This document shows, one piece after another, positions 22,880 to 34,329 of a stretch of DNA of 64,000 bases (the stretch's first letter is position 1; each line of letters starts with the position of its first letter). Under the pieces are notes generated by a model, which was not told the origin of the DNA, did no database searches, and worked only from the letters and a program-made list of their open reading frames with translations. Location: the NCBI RefSeq assembly GCF_006345805.1, contig NC_043023.1:7936001-8000000 (forward strand), given 5' to 3'. The DNA comes from Octopus sinensis (taxonomy: Eukaryota). The position numbers and the translations under genes were made by a program.

Positions 22880-23753
22880 CAAAATCAGTTCGATGACTGG
22901 CATCCATGCTAGCGGGGTGCAAAGAACACCATACGAGTGATCATTGACTGAGCGACTATTCGAGTATGATCGTTACCAGCGTCGCCTTACTTGTACTTAT
23001 GCCTGGGCTCGTAGGGTGCCAAGAGCACCATCCAATCGTGATCGTTGCCAGAGCAGCCAGCTCGCTTCTGTGCCGGTGGCACGTAAAAGGGCACCATTCG
23101 AGCATGATCGTTACCAACATCACTTCACTGGCACCTGTGCCGGTGGCACGTGTAAAAAGATTCGAGCGAGGTCGTTGCCAGTACCACCTGACTGGCCCCC
23201 ATGCTGGTGGTACATAAAAAACACCCACTACACTCTCGGAGTGGTTGGCATTAGGAAGGGCATCTAGCTGTAGAAACTCTACCAGATCAAGATTGGGGCC
23301 TGGAGCAGCCATCTGGCTCGCCAGCCCTCAGTCAAAATCGTCCAACCCATGCTAGCATGAAAAGCGGACGTTAAACGATGATGATGATATACAACAGAAA
23401 ATTTAGTATACAGGTGAAGAGTAACGTCAGAAGGAAATTTGCACTTCAGTGGTGTTTCGAATCCGGACACCCAGTGCCGCCTTACTGGCTCCTGTGCCGG
23501 TGGCTTGTAAAAAGAACCATTCGAGCGTGGTCGATGCTAGTTCCGCCTGACTGGCTCCCATGTCGGTGGCACCTAAAAAGCACTTGTTATACTCTCAGAG
23601 TGGTTGGCATTAGGAAGGGCATCCAGCCGTTGAGACCCTGCCAGATCAGACTGGAGCCTGATGCAGCCTCCTGGCTCCCCAGCCCTCAGTCAAACGGTCC
23701 AACCCATGCTAGCATGGAAAGCGGACGTTAAACGATGATGATGATGATGATGA
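22880..23753 (+). mobile_element. Two RTE 3'-UTR copies with (ATG)n tails (~22880-23390 and ~23465-23753)
   Basis: GTGCCGGTGGCACG subrepeats, GGAAGGGCATC.AGC.GT and GCGGACGTTAAACGATGATG ends. Confidence 0.8.
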
Positions 23754-23816
23754 TTCTTTTGTTGATATTTATTATCATTACTGGAACAACAATTTACATT
23801 ACTCTTTACTCTTTCA

Positions 23817-24476
23817 GGATCTTTCCCTTTTGAACGGCACTTTTCAACACAATTTCTAGTGAATTAAACACTTTTAAACTTCGTATACTGGTAGAATGTG
23901 TCAAAATAAAACATCTTTTCTCTTGGCTTTCTTGAGAAAATTGTAATTTGTTTGTTTAACGTAGTTTAATTCTTCGAATTTTAATCAATCCTATGCTCTC
24001 TTTTGAGCTAAAATCATTTGCTGCATCTAAAACTGAGACAACACCCTCACCCACACCCTAAACCTCCCCCTAACCCTAATCCTAACCCTAAATTTTTTTT
24101 CTTAATTGTTAAATTAATTTAATTGTTACGCATGTAAAAAAAACTAAAGCAATGGAATTAAATTAATTTAACAATTAAGAAAAAAAAATTAGGGTTGAGG
24201 GGAGGTTTAGGGTTAGTTACAGGATGTTGTCTCAATGGAGGTAATCGATTGGTTAAAATTAGTTACAGGATGTTGTCTCAATGGAGGTAATCGATTGGTT
24301 AAAATTGCCGAAATGCTCGGATTTTCAGACGAAATATCTTACAAACTATAGAATTTTCTCAATAAAACCAAGAGAAAATGATGTTTCATAAACACATTCT
24401 ACCAGTATACGAAGTTTAAAACTTTTTAGTTACCTAGAAATTATGTTACAAACTGCCGTTCAAAAGGAAAAGATCC
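23817..24476. mobile_element. Merlin-like foldback MITE (long inverted arms)
   Basis: GGATCTTTCCCTTTTGAACGGCA...TGCCGTTCAAAAGGAAAAGATCC; TSD CTCTTTCA/CTCTTTTA; CCCTAA and TTAGGG runs around an AT-rich palindromic centre. Confidence 0.9.
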
Positions 24477-24790
24477 CTCTTTTACTCTGGTGGAATGTGA
24501 ACTCAGAACATAAAGACAGAAGAAATACCGTTTAGTATTTTCTCCGACCTGTAAACCATCCTACCAGCTTGCAGCTTTAATATATTTTCTGCTATAGATA
24601 TGAGGCCTGAAATTTTGGAGGTTGATTACATCAACCCCAGGGTATTATTTATTTATTTCACCCACACGATTTTCACTAAGAAAAAAAAAAACAACTCGGA
24701 TTCTTTGCATGAAATCTGCCCGAAGTCAGAACGCCATGATAGATCGTTAGCTCCTACATGCATTTTTTTCTCTCCTTGTTTTATGTGTAT

Positions 24791-24826
24791 CTTTCTGTCG
24801 AAGAGCGTAGGCTTGAAACGTAAAAG
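24791..24826 (+). ncRNA. Minimal hammerhead-like motif (A6U variant) within a Penelope-like fragment at ~24700-24927
   Basis: CUUU-CUGUCGA-A-GAGC-GUAG-GCUU-GAAAC-GUA-AAAG; stem I CUUU/AAAG, stem II GAGC/GCUU. Confidence 0.5.
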
Positions 24827-25194
24827 GCTTGTTCTATTTCTATTCCTGAGCGCCATACTAATACATTTGTTTGTTTGTACTCCACCTGATTTCGTCTTTT
24901 GTTTATTTTCGTAAACCTTCCCGTTATGAAACCAAATACCCTGACCTCCTAATATACCGCTAACTCCTTATTTTTGTTCGGAAGAAAACGGGTAGGTGGG
25001 AAACCGAACCCCACCCCCATATCCCAGAATCATTGGAAATTTTTTTTTCATTGACTGAATTCTGGTGACCTCCTAATACGCTACAAAACCCATTTTGGGT
25101 CCGGAAAATGGGGTGGGTGGGGTGGAACCCTTGGAAATTTGACCCCTACCTCCATTTTCAAATATTCTTTGCTTTTTCTTTTTTTACCCATGAT

Positions 25195-25557
25195 TTTACT
25201 CTTTTACTTGTTTCAGTTATTTGACTGTGGCCATGCTGGAGCACCGCCTTTAGTCGAGCAAATCGACACTAGGACTTATTCTTTGTAAGCCCAGTACTTA
25301 TTCTATCGATCTCTTTTAACGAACCGTTCAGTTATGGTGACGTAAACACACCCACATCGGTTGTCAAACGATGTTGGAGGGACAAACACAGACACACACA
25401 CATATATATATATACATATACATGTATACAGCGGGCTTCTTTCAGTTTCCGTCATCCAAATCCACTCACAAGGCTTTGGTCGACCTAAGGCTATCGTAGA
25501 AGACACTTGCCCAATGTACCACGCAGTGGGACTGAACCCGGAACCATGTGGTTGGTA
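25195..25557 (-). mobile_element. SINE S1, head truncated
   Basis: Collinear with 7143-7510. Confidence 0.85.
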
Positions 25558-26365
25558 GATAACATTTTGCAGAAATACGTTTTCAAGAGAGTGTAGATTA
25601 CATTCGATTGAAAATTCAAAGAAGTTTGAAAAGAATAAGTGAAGATGCAGAGGTTATAGAAGTTAGTGATAACGAAGTGAGGAGAGGTAGACGATGAATT
25701 CATCTTTCCACCCACCCCTTTTTTTTTTCCGAACAAAAATAAGGGGTTTGCAGCATATTATGAAATCAGGGTACTTGATTCCAGGCAAAATATCCAAGGT
25801 TTTTTTTTTTCTTTCATAGTGAAAATCGTGCTGGTGAAAAGATCAATGGGGGTGGATGGATGAAATTTCCGGGGCTTCGACTTCTCCCCACCCCGTTTCC
25901 CGGACCCCAAAATGGGTTTTGTAGCATATTAGGAGGTCCCCGGAATTCATTCAACGAAAAAAAAAAAAAATTCCAATGATCCCGGGATGGGGGGGGGGGG
26001 TCCGACCCACCCCGTTTTTTCCGAACAAAAAAAAGGGGTTTGCAGCATATTAGGGGGCCAGGGTATTCGATTCCCAGCAAAAAAATTCGGGGTTTTTTTT
26101 TGGGGGGGGGGGGGTTAGTGAAAATCGTGCGAGGGAAAGGATCAAAATTTATCGACCCCAGTGCTCAACTGGTACTTATTTTACTGAAAGGATGACCTGC
26201 AAAGTCGTCCTCTACGGAATTTGAACTCAGACCGTATACAACTAAAATGTATACGACAAAATAAAGCTGCGACGGAAAAATAAATGGGTCAAGGGACGTA
26301 ATAATGTAGGATTGATGATAATGGTTATTTCCCTTGCGTTAACGTAATGTCTGAGAAGACGGCTA

Positions 26366-26486
26366 CAGAGATACCTCGTTTATCGCGGGAGATTGGTTCC
26401 GAGACCGGCCGCGATAACTGAATTTCCGCGAAGTAGGGACACCATATTTACAGTATTTATTTAACGAGTATTTGGACTTTTAAAAC
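26366..26486 (+). mobile_element. Tigger/pogo-like DNA transposon left end
   Basis: TA followed by CAGAGATACCTCGTTTATCGCGGGAGATTGGTTCC...CCGCGATAA..GAATTTCCGCGAAGTAG resembles Tigger-type termini. Confidence 0.5.
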
Positions 26487-26886
26487 GGATCTTTTCGGTT
26501 TGAACGGCAGTTTTTTATAGCGGTGTCATATGAAATTGTCACCCATAATTATGACCCTAGAATCGATCTATATTGCATTTCAATCTCTTTTAGGGTTAGG
26601 GGTGGAGGAAGGGTATCTTTTTTTCTTCAAAAATGTAAATAAACCCAATCTATTTCTTAAACGAGGGACATATTCATACGGCACAGAATGTTGTGTTTTT
26701 TTACCTCAATGGACGTCATTGATTGGTTGAAATTGCAGAAATTGAAGAAAAAAAACCCAACAAATATCTTACAAACTATCGAATTTTCTCAATAAAGCCA
26801 AGAGAAAAAGATGTTTTATAAACACATTCTACCACTATACGAAGTTTAAAAGTGTTTAGTTACTGCCGTTCAAACCGAAAAGATCC
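26487..26886. mobile_element. Merlin-like MITE without a matching TSD
   Basis: Canonical TIRs; flanks TTTAAAAC / AAAAATTG differ. Confidence 0.85.
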
Positions 26887-26959
26887 AAAAATTGTTTTTA
26901 GCTTTTCTTATTTCCCCATGATAGTATGAATTCCAGTATGTACAATACAAATGGAGTGC

Positions 26960-27396
26960 TTAAGGATGAAATGCAGAGTCGACCACAGCAGAATTTCAAC
27001 TCAGAACAAAAAGACGGAAGAAATACCTATTTCTTTACTACCCACAAGGGGCTAAACATAGAGGGGACAAACAAGGACAGACAAACGGATTAAGTCGATT
27101 ACATCGACCCCAGTGCGTAACTGGTACTTAATTTATCGACCCCGAAAGGATGAAAGGCAAAGTCGACCACGGCGGAATTTGAACTCAGAACGTAAAGACA
27201 GACGAAATACCTATTTCTTTACTACCCATAAGGGGCTAAACACAGAGGGGACAAACAAGAACAGACAAACAGATTAAGTCGATTATATTTAATCGACCCC
27301 GAAAGGATAAAAGGCAAAGTCGACCTAGGCGGAATTTGAACTCAGAACATAACGGCAGAAATACCGGCGTGCTAACGAATCTAGTTGCTCGCCGCC
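26960..27396 (-). mobile_element. Tandem SINE S2 bodies
   Basis: Three repeats of GTCGACC...GAATTT.AACTCAGAAC. Confidence 0.8.
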
Positions 27397-27988
27397 TCCC
27401 CCCTCTCTCTATAACACCACTTGCTCGACTGCTACCCCTTTTGTACTTCATTCTCTCTTTCCGCTACTCTTTTTGTAAGCTCTATCTTTCTTATCCCCTC
27501 CCTTAAAGCTCCTATGCAACTCTACCTCTCACTGCTACTCTAATTCTCTTTGTCTTCTATATCATTACCCTCCTTTTCCTTCTTGAATGTAATACCACTC
27601 CTGCCACTCCGCTTGTATTTTCATTCTTTCTCATTCACCCTGTCATAGTTCTTATGTAATCTTCCTCTAACTGCTACTCTTTCATTCTCTCTCTCTTTCT
27701 CCGTCCTTCTTTTCTCTCTTCCTCACTATGACACTAACAGCACGTTCCTCTAACTGCTACTCTTTAATTCTCTCTCTCTTCAATATTATTCTTTCCTCCC
27801 CCCTTTAATACAATACTCTCCTCCTACTGCTATATGGTGTCTCTTTACTCGACCTCTCATAATCCTTATGTAATATGACGCTAGCTGCTACTCTTTCTTT
27901 CTCTGTCTTTGCTCCCTCTCTATCCTTTACTGCTGGAATGCTTCTCTCACTCTCACTATATAGCAGTACCTCTTACTGTTACTCTTTC

Positions 27989-28026
<38 letters not shown>

Positions 28027-28452
28027 CTTTCGACTCCTCCGCCTTCTATTCTCTGCATGGCCGCTTCAAATAGCGAGTATGAGCAGCAAATCTTGTTAAA
28101 TTTCTTCGAAACACTGCAAGATTTTGAAATTTTTACCATATTATTTTTTTTTTAAATGTAATTTATATGTAGTTTCCCACGTTGAAAACGAAAATCATAT
28201 TTGTTTTCTTTTTTCTAGATAATAATAAAAAAAAAAGTTACAAGCATTACAAAATATGTAATTTTAACCAATCGAATGCCTTTATTGCCAGATATGCCGG
28301 ACTTCGTGACTTTTTGTCCCCATGGGAACAGCACACACGCGAAACCTTTACATGGTCTCTCGACCCGCTAGAAATAACAGCCAAATCTTCCTTTACCTCA
28401 GTGGCTCTCATACATATTTTTGCCTATGGACCCTCCTTCGATTTCCATTTTA

Positions 28453-28869
28453 GGATCTCTTCGGTTTGAACGGCAGTTTTTTCTAGCGGTGTCATATGAA
28501 ATTGTTACCCATAATTATGACCCTAGTATCGATCTATTGCATTTCAATCTGTTTAAGGTTGAGGTTAGGGCTGGGGGGAAGGGTATATTTTTTTCTTCAC
28601 AAATGTAAATAAACTCAATGTGTTTCTTAAACGAGGGACATATTCATACGGCACAGAATGTTTTCACCTCAATAGACGCCATTGATTGGTTGAAATTGCA
28701 GAACTTGAAGAAAAAATACAAACAAATATCTTACAAACTATAGAATTTGCACAATAAAGCCAAGAGAAAAAGATGTTTTATAAACACATTCTACCAGTAT
28801 ACGAAGTTTAAAAGTGTTTAGTTACGTGGAAATTATTTTTAAAAACTACCGTTCAAACCGAAAAGGTCC
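28453..28869. mobile_element. Merlin-like MITE, full length
   Basis: GGATCTCTTCGGTTTGAACGG...CCGTTCAAACCGAAAAGGTCC. Confidence 0.85.
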
Positions 28870-29395
28870 AAATTTTCTTAAAATCATAGCCTTCCGTCAT
28901 AAAAAATATCGCCCGTTTTCGGCGTAACAAAAACCGTAACCCTAAACATCGGGGGTACGTATTCTTTACTTTCGCCCCTTCCGGTAATACAGTCCTTGTC
29001 TTTCTAGAAAACAGAATTACTAGGAGTTGGTTCCCAGTCCCTTCTAGTCGTTTCATACGCCATGCAGGGAATACGGGGACTGCATTCTACCGATCCCCCA
29101 CCACAGTCGCAGGTGAGGCGTGCTAGTTACCTATTTCTTTATTACCCACAAGGGGCTAAACACAGAGGGGACAAACAAGGACAGACATAGGTATTAAGTC
29201 GATTACATCGACCCCAGTGCGTAACTGGTACTTAATTTATCGACCCCGAAAGGATGAAAGGCAAAGGGACCCTTACGGGTGCTACCACTCCGGGCCAGAG
29301 TAGGACATAGGAACAATAGTAGCTTGAGGTGGTTCCACATTCCTCAAACCCTGAAACCAGGGCCGGAGGGTCCCACTGCCGGAAGTAGTCTAGTG

Positions 29396-29581
29396 CGATC
29401 CTTCGGTATAGGTACCGTAAGTGGCTTTCTTTACATTTCTGAAGGTAACAGAAACCCTTTCCTCCCACCCCAAACGCTAACCCTAACACAAACCCTAATC
29501 CTAACCGTAACGCTAACCCCCCATATATATGAAAAAAACCCACTTTCTTGAAATGTATCCGGTACCTATACCGAAGTTACG
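29396..29581. mobile_element. Small TIR element with internal CCCTAA-like repeats
   Basis: Perfect 17-bp inverted repeat CTTCGGTATAGGTACCG (29401-29417) / CGGTACCTATACCGAAG (29560-29576). Confidence 0.65.
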
Positions 29582-30240
29582 TCGTTTAGAGTCATACCTA
29601 GGTATAATATATCTGAAAACAGCATAGGGTGGTCACAACTGGAACGACGTTAAAATAAATATATCAAGACAGGATTTACCAAGGGCTAAACACGTAATTG
29701 CTTCTCTAACTACTACTCTTTCACTCTCCTCCCTCTCTCTCGTTCTATATTGCTTTCTTCCTCCTCCCTATTTCATAATACCCTCATTCGATTGCCCATT
29801 CTTTAGTCTTTCACATCCACATCTCTATATCACTGAGTAAGTATCTCTCTAACTGTCACTCTTTAATAGTGTTACCCTGTCTCTCAGTCTATCTTTCTTC
29901 TGTTTTCCCTCCTCTTTCCTTTCACTCTACTCCTTCGTAGTTCCTCCTCCTTCTAATACTTTCTTGTCCTACTACTACTCTTAGACTTTCGCATCCACCT
30001 CTCTCAGTCACTATGTAAATATCCCTCAAACCATTACTCTCTGATTACATCTCCGTCTCTTAGTTTGTCTTTTACCTAAGTAATTCTCTCCTCCCCTTCA
30101 TGCTACTACTTCCTAGCTCCTCCTCCTCCTCCTCCTTGTTATATTCTATCACTTTTTCCTTCCCCTACTACTCTTATACATTATTACTTTTTCGTCCCAC
30201 TACTACTCTTACAAACTTTCACCTCCACCTCTCTCATCCC

Positions 30241-30416
30241 TCGTTTAAGAAACAGATTGGGTTTATTTACGTTTCTCAAGAAAAAAAGGTGCCCTTCCCC
30301 CACCCCTAACCCTAAAACAGATAGAAATGCAATAGATCGATACTAGGGTCATAATTATGGGTGACAATTTCATATGACACCGCTAGAAAAAACTGCCGGT
30401 CAAACCGAAAAGATCC
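30241..30416. mobile_element. Partial Merlin-like MITE upstream of gene A1
   Basis: Ends CTGCCGGTCAAACCGAAAAGATCC. Confidence 0.8.
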
Positions 30417-30559
30417 TTAGGGTGATGTATAGAGATGGAAAATGACCGGAAAGGAGAGAAAGTGACATCAGGAAGGGACAAGGAGGACCATTAAAGGATG
30501 TTCCGTGAGGAAGCAACAGGTTAAAGATGGTATCCTCTTTACGGGGTCAACAACGCAGT

Positions 30560-31180
30560 TAACTTATGTGCTGGAAAAGGAGTAGACTTCATTAAAATAA
30601 TCTGGTGTAATTTTGGAAAAACTCGAAGGTAATTTATTGACAGAATGGGACAAAGAAAATCACTGGAGCGGAACCAACAAGTCAGCAGAGCCATCTATTG
30701 GAGAATTAGAGAAATGCAATCATACCAAGGGAAGTAACCTCTACAACACAGTTCCCTTCGTTTATTAATTAGTGCATTTAATTAGCGATCGCTGGACTCG
30801 CATTTTATATCCGAACACGGTAAGTTTACAAAGATTCACTTTAACGCTGTAATGGTGATAATAATACTACGAATAGCAATATAAATAATAGAATTATGTA
30901 AACCTCTCGCTGTCACTGTAATAATTTCGAAGCGGGAACCTGTCAGCATTAGGAAATTATAATTGCTCGTCTTAATTAATGACTTCCAAATTGAAATGTT
31001 GATTTGATGCTTATAAAATACTATGACCGACTGATACATGTGATAGAGCTGAAATTAATTGGTAAAGTGAGAATAAAACAGCGTAATTAATTAGTAAAAT
31101 GTGAGGAGTCCGATTGAAGAATTCCACATTAATATATGTTATCCTGTTGTTTATGAGGCATTGATAAAACGGTAAGTTGA
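30560..31180 (+). promoter_or_regulatory. Conserved upstream block of gene A1: putative promoter/non-coding exon(s) with donors ACG|GTAAGT at 30820 and 31172
   Basis: Non-repeat block conserved upstream of all four genes; consensus donors; GCCATCTATTGG motif at 30690-30701. Confidence 0.55.
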
Positions 31181-31593
31181 TAAAGATTTACTCTAATGTT
31201 ATATTAATAATAGTAATGATGATGATGATTTCAAAAGTGGCCCAGGGTCAGCAATCTTTAATACGAGCGATAAGTCGATTGCATGGGTCCCGGTTTTTTT
31301 CCCGAAAGAGATGAAAGACAAAGTCGATCTCATCCGTATTTGAACTCAGGACTTTCCGCCGAGGTTGGCTTTGTATTTCATTCCATTCCGTGTGAAGAAA
31401 ATAATAATGATGATGATGATAATAGTAATCATTTGATAATTAAAACAATAACCTTTTGTTCTTTTGACTTGAAAATTGGCGGGAGGGCATAAGTGAATTA
31501 CATGGACCCTAGTACTTGATTGCTTCTTATTTTTTCTATCTGGAAATGATGAAAGGGGACCTTGATGTGATTTGAACTTTGAGAGTAATGATG

Positions 31594-32295
31594 CGATCTT
31601 TTCACTTTGACCGGCAGATTTTAAAAATAATTTCTATGTAACTAAAACATTTTAAACTTCGTATACTGGTAGAATGTGCTTAAAAAACATCTTTTTCTCT
31701 TAGCTTTCTTGAGAAAATTCTGTAGTTTGTAACATGTTTGTTTAATTTCTTGCATTTCAGCAATTTCAACCAATTAATGACGTCTATTGAGGTGAAAACG
31801 ATTTCTGGCGGCGTTATATGAAAATGTCCCTGTTACATATTATATATTCGTTTAAGAAACAGATTGGGTTTATTTACATTTCTGAAGAAAACAAGATACC
31901 CTTTCCCCAACCCTAAAACAGATTGATATGCAATAGATCAATACTAGGATCATAATTATGGGTGGACACTAAATAGGGAACGGTTTTGTTATCCAGCTCT
32001 GTTTACGAGTGACCCCTCAGTTTATGGCCACAGGGTATCTTTTTTCTCATAAAAAACAGGGACATTATAATAAGACGCCGCCAGTAAATCTTACGGCAGA
32101 AATCGTTTTCACCTCATTAGATGTCTTTGATTGGTTGAAATTGCCGAAATGCAAGAAATTAAACAACAGAATTTTCTCAAGAAAGCCAAGAGAAAAAGAT
32201 GTTTTATAAACACATTCTACCAGTATACGAAGTTTAAAATTTTTCAGTTGCTTAGAAAATATTTTTAAAATCTGCCGGTCAAAGTGAAAAGATCC
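31594..32295. mobile_element. Long-TIR Merlin-like MITE in the putative 5'-UTR intron of A1
   Basis: (C)GATCTTTTCACTTTGACCGGCAG...CTGCCGGTCAAAGTGAAAAGATCC; exact 8-bp TSD TAATGATG. Confidence 0.9.
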
Positions 32296-32580
32296 TAATG
32301 ATGTGTAGGGCACTGACCATGGGCTCATCGTAGACAGCATGAAGACAGGGACCTTCACTGCTGGATAGCTAGCGAGCTGGTCCAGAAAAGGGGATTCCGG
32401 TTGGGCAACATGAAGTCTTAAATCAACCATTTTTCTGAAAGGTAAAAGTGAAGTGTGTAGTAAACTTGTGTGGGTATACCAATGTTTCAACGCCTCAATG
32501 AACTCTGACCCCTGAAAACATTGACATTAAATGACTGACAGTGTTCATGTTGTAATATTTACAATGTTGAATTACTATGT

Positions 32581-32625
32581 CACTTAACTATCCTCTTTAT
32601 CTTACTGTTTCTTTTTATATTTCAG
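32581..32625 (+). other. Branch point, polypyrimidine tract and 3' splice acceptor of the coding exon (paralogous AG at 41790, 50066, 60064)
   Basis: CACTTAAC...TCTTTATCTTACTGTTTCTTTTTATATTTCAG|AATATC, conserved in four copies. Confidence 0.7.
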
Positions 32626-32991
32626 AATATCACATCATGTTGACATGAAAGAAATTACTTCGTTCAGATGTGCCTTAGATATTTTTATCAACTAAAGGAA
32701 GACGATATATTTATAAGGAGCATTCATCTATACATCAACGTTTCTATATAAATATAATCTATGACAAACAACAGCAGAATATTTTTCTTGTCTGGAATGT
32801 AGAGGAGGTGATTGCTTTACAAGTTTGGATAACTTTACAAACGAGTTGACAGTTTTCACCTGTTGATTTAGGTATTAAGTAAGATCACATATGAAAGAAA
32901 GATTAACATTGAATTATTCTCTAAAAAAAGTAATGCAAATGGACACAAACATATTCATAGAAAAGAAAAAAACAATATTATTGTGATATAT

Positions 32992-34329
32992 ATGACAAAT
33001 TATCCTGTCATAATGAATAATTTAACTGAACCTAAAAACCCTGATACAAGAGAGAAACCATATCAATGTGATGTTTGTGGAAAATCATTCTCTCAAAGAA
33101 ATCACTTGACTATTCACAAACGTCTTCATACAGGAGAAAAGCCATATCATTGTAATATCTGTGGTAAAACATTCTCTCGAAGTAATGGCTTAACTAAACA
33201 CCGGCGCGTTCACACAGGAGAGAAACCATATCATTGTGATATCTGTGGTAAATCATTCTCTGAAAATGGCAGTTTAACTAAACACAAACGCATTCACACA
33301 GGAGAGAAACCATATCATTGTGATATCTGTGGTAAGTCATTCTCTCATAGTGGCCACTTGTCTGATCATAAACGCATTCATACAGGGGAAAAACCATATC
33401 ATTGTGATATCTGTGGTAAATCATTCTCTGAAAATGGTAGTTTCACTAAACACAAACATATTCATACAGGAAAGAAGCCATTTCATTGTAAGATCTGCGG
33501 CAAATCATTCATTGAAAGTGGTAACTTGAATAAGCACAAGCGTGTTCATACAGGAGAGAAAACATATCATTGTGATATTTGTGGTGAATCATTTTCTCTA
33601 AATAGCACTTTAACTCAACATAAACGTATTCATACAGGAGAAAAGCCATATCATTGTGATATCTGTGGTAAATCATTCTCTCGTAGTGGCCACTTGTCTA
33701 ATCATAAACGCATTCATACAGGAGAGAAACCTCATCATTGTGATATCTGTGGTAAATCATTCTCTGAAAATGGTACTTTCACTAAACACAAACGCATTCA
33801 TACAGGAAAGAAGCCATTTCATTGTAAGATCTGTGGCAAATCATTCATTGAAAGTGGTAACTTGAATAACCATAAGCGTGTTCATACAGGAGAGAAACCA
33901 CATCATTGTGATATCTGTGGTAAAACATTCTCTCAAAGTAATGGCTTAACTAGACACTGGCGCGTTCACACTGGAGAGAAACCATATCATTGTGATATCT
34001 GTGATAAATCATTCTCTCGTAGTAGCCACTTGTCTGATCATAAACGCATTCATACAGGGGAAAAACCATATCATTGTGATATCTGTGGTAAATCATTCTC
34101 TGAAAATGGTACTTTAACTAAACACAAACGCATTCATACAGGAGAGAAGCCATATCATTGTGATATTTGTGGTAAATCATTTTCTTGTAATCGTGACTTG
34201 ACTGTCCATAAACGTGTTCATACAGGGGAAAAGCCATATCATTGTGATATCTGTGGTAAATCATTCTCTTGCAGTAGTCAATTCTGTAGACATAAACGCA
34301 TTCATAGTGGGGAAAAAACCATATCGTGA
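32992..34329 (+). CDS. C2H2 zinc-finger protein A1, 15 tandem fingers, no recognisable effector domain
   Basis: 15 CxxC-x12-HxxxH units with TGEKP linkers; first in-frame ATG at 32992; ends by a frameshift at the would-be 16th finger. Confidence 0.9.
   Translation: MTNYPVIMNNLTEPKNPDTREKPYQCDVCGKSFSQRNHLTIHKRLHTGEKPYHCNICGKTFSRSNGLTKHRRVHTGEKPYHCDICGKSFSENGSLTKHKRIHTGEKPYHCDICGKSFSHSGHLSDHKRIHTGEKPYHCDICGKSFSENGSFTKHKHIHTGKKPFHCKICGKSFIESGNLNKHKRVHTGEKTYHCDICGESFSLNSTLTQHKRIHTGEKPYHCDICGKSFSRSGHLSNHKRIHTGEKPHHCDICGKSFSENGTFTKHKRIHTGKKPFHCKICGKSFIESGNLNNHKRVHTGEKPHHCDICGKTFSQSNGLTRHWRVHTGEKPYHCDICDKSFSRSSHLSDHKRIHTGEKPYHCDICGKSFSENGTLTKHKRIHTGEKPYHCDICGKSFSCNRDLTVHKRVHTGEKPYHCDICGKSFSCSSQFCRHKRIHSGEKTIS

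Larger units (their letters stand above)
24655..26140. repeat. Long imperfect inverted repeat (arms ~24655-25195 and ~25815-26140) of an unclassified element; related fragments at ~36130-36310 and ~52420-52580
   Basis: For example GACCTCCTAATACGCTACAAAACCCATTTTGGGTCCGG versus CCGGACCCCAAAATGGGTTTTGTAGCATATTAGGAGGTC. Confidence 0.65.

Noticed and set aside
32626-32991. KRAB, SCAN, BTB or SET effector domain upstream of the fingers
   Set aside because: The finger frame is not open through this region, and no such motif was recognised in it or in the upstream block.
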